Origin: Rhina ancylostomus
Lineage: Eukaryota
Direction: 5' to 3'
Length of the DNA: 64,000 nucleotides
Assembly (NCBI GenBank): GCA_030265395.1
Contig: JARFYF010000084.1
Location: 87,648,337-87,712,336, forward strand
Part shown: positions 61,693 to 64,000 of the stretch, piece by piece
Layout of the letters: every line of letters starts with the position of its first letter
Position numbering within the stretch: the first letter of the stretch is position 1
Program-made: the position numbers and the translations under genes
The notes under the pieces: generated by a model
Seen by the model: only the letters and a program-made list of their open reading frames with translations
What the model was told of the DNA's origin: nothing
Database searches by the model: none

Positions 61693-63582
61693 TGTAATAT
61701 GTTATAATATCTGAAGTTTGTCAAAATGGAATTGGACTAAAGATGGATCACAGGATTTGTCTTTGAAAGAATACAAGATAACATTTTGTTTCCCAGTAAG
61801 TGATTTTTCTTGGCGCCACGTTTTTATTTTGGTTTCTCGATACTTTCTGCTCACACCCAGGTTGAATGAATTGTTGGAAAACGATGGATGGAAATAAATA
61901 TGGTTGCAAAATGCACAAATGAAATGTATATTTTTACATAAGAAAGCATTTTAAATAATTGATGCATTTTTAATGATCTTTTGAATGTAATGCAAAGGTG
62001 AATGACAGGATTAGATTTTGAGTGGTCATTATGAAATATGAAGTCTTCTGTATAGTGGACTTTGTATGAATGTTTGTTTCTGAAACTCTTCATTGATAAC
62101 ACATTGAATTATTTGTTGCTTTGTAACAACCAATGGACCATGAACACATCTCTGGAGCTCTTAGTAATTCTGAGAATTCATTATTGGGCAAAGGTGGAAC
62201 ATGGCCTGGGACTGCTGCATGTCATAATGCAGTGAATTATCTTCTAAGTTATACATCCATTTAAAGCTCTGCAGTGCATTAATATATACAAAACCCTCTC
62301 AGCCAGGGAATAAGATATCATTTTGTAGATTGGTTGCTTAGTTACTCTTGTCACAGCTTATCCAATACCAAAGTTAATTCCGATTTATTAGAGATGATTA
62401 TGGAATTTGCACATACAATTTAGAAATCAATTCCTAATTGCCCTTAGGATTTACTTTGCCAAAAAAAAGCATGATGAACCACTTTAAAGTTTGTGAAAGC
62501 TTTCTTTTATGCAATATCATAATGCATTTCAGCAAACTGAGTATGATCCAACTGAACAAGATAATAAGGCTATGTGCTGTTAATGCCCCACCCACAAGGC
62601 GCATAGTTCTTGGTGCAGATGCTGACTTGGCTTCATTTGGAGCCTTTTTTAAGTATTTGATTGTTAACTTGTGTGAGGTCTTCAATTAGTGAAAGAATCA
62701 ATGTCTGTCCCTAGATGCAGCAAGAACCAAATGATAATGTTATTAAGCACATAATGGATGTAGCAAACTCAGTAGCTGAAAGGTAGTGGATACCACAAAG
62801 ATAAGTAAATTACAAATGATTTTTATCTTGCATACACTGATCTGCCAGAGGCGGTTTATAATTTTGCATTAGGAATTTAGTAATGTGTGGAAGCACTCAA
62901 CGAGTATGCATTAGTGTTGGAATGTATCCATTCAAGGCAATGACTCGTTGTTGCATGTGCTGTGAATATGAATCAATCAGTTTGGTCACACTGCAACTGG
63001 AAAGTGTTTCTTTGTGTAGCTTTATCCCAAATATCAGTAAAATTTATCACCAGAACGGAGCAGACATCCGGTAGCGCTGGACCTGAGCATTGGGTATTTT
63101 CAGCACTCTCTTAGGATTTCCCCATAACTGCTATCAACTGTATGGAAGGGCTTTACAGAGAGCTAAATTTCCTCTGTGAGACCCACACATCCACACAATG
63201 TGATCATCCCTGTTCCTTGTACCAACTGAGAATGCCATCACTATTCTCACTTAATCTTGAGAATTGCTGTCTGAGTCTCAACCAACCTGGATTTGTTGCC
63301 TTGCACACATTGTGTGTGTGCGTGTAGTTTGTCTTAATCTGATTACTTCTCACTCTGTGTCATATCACAAATTAATTTTGATTGTTCCAGCAGTTGCATG
63401 GAACAATCCAGTGTAATGATTGGATAAATCTTGAGCATTCTTCTTGATTGCATGTACAATGTGGCTGTTACAAGAGCCAGTGTATCCAATCACCAACACT
63501 TCCCTTGTTCCTTTGTCAGAAGATAGTGTTGCTTTTAGCGTTATACACCAATTTTGGGAAGGCAATCTTCCAGCAAATCATG

Positions 63583-63860
63583 TAAGATGAGACAAGATAT
63601 CTTTATTAGTCACATGTACATCAAAACACACAGTGAAATGCATCTTTTNNNNNNNNNNNNNNNNAGTGTCACCTCGCTTCTGGCGCCAACATAGCATGCT
63701 ACAGCATCCTAATCTGTACGTCTTTGGAATGTGGGAGGAAACCGGAGCACCCGGAGGAAGCCCATGCAGACGTGGGGAGAACATACAAGCTCCTTACAGA
63801 CAGTGGCCGGAATTGAACCCGGGTCACTGGCACTGTAATAACGCTACGCTAACCATGTGG
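63583..63860 (-). mobile_element. young V-domain tRNA SINE with Rex-like 3' tail
   Basis: Minus strand: head GGTTAGCGTAGCG..GGGTTCAATTCC (B-box), V-domain GTTCTCCCCACGTCTGCATGGG..CCGGGTGCTCCGGTTTCCTCCCACATTCCAAAGACGT, tail TTTCACTGTG..GTACATGTGACTAATAAAG. CpGs are retained. Confidence 0.8.
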
Positions 63861-63884
63861 CAATAATGAACGTTGATACATTCT

Positions 63885-64000
63885 GGCAATACAGTGGTGT
63901 AGCCAGTAGATCTGCTGCATCAAAGCTCTGGCAACCTGGGTTTAACCACGACCTCCAAGGCTGTCAGTGAGGAGTTTAACTGTGTATTTCCTCCAGATTT
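63885..64000 (+). mobile_element. HE1-like SINE head, decayed
   Basis: CAGTGGTGTAGCCAGTAGATCTGCTGCATCA..CCTGGGTTTAACCACGACCTCC..GGAGTTT parallels 39600-39700. Confidence 0.55.

Overview
This is AT-rich eukaryotic non-coding DNA from a draft assembly with many N gaps, several exactly 100 N long. I cannot support any intact protein-coding gene, RNA gene or CRISPR array. Every ORF with a recognisable motif is a decayed retrotransposon fragment. The repeats are CR1/HER1-type LINEs, HE1-like V-domain tRNA SINEs, SacSINE1-like DeuSINEs, L2, Rex1/Babar, RTE, Penelope-like termini and one solo LTR. This mix points to a cartilaginous fish (shark or ray), probably a long intron or an intergenic regulatory region. 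Repeat families were recognised from memory of consensus motifs, not by database search, and most repeat boundaries are approximate (about 10-30 bp). The best unexplained structure is a ~239-bp, ~97%-identical inverted duplication (37665-37903 / 38675-38912). Its right copy sits inside an older DeuSINE, next to a G-quadruplex motif, and ends in a 14-bp tandem duplication. Other points of note are decayed minimal hammerhead-ribozyme motifs in Penelope-like termini, a solo LTR with an intact TSD, a V-SINE with a Rex-like tail, nested insertions and several enhancer-like repeat-free blocks. I see no convincing evidence for a wholly new multi-gene system.
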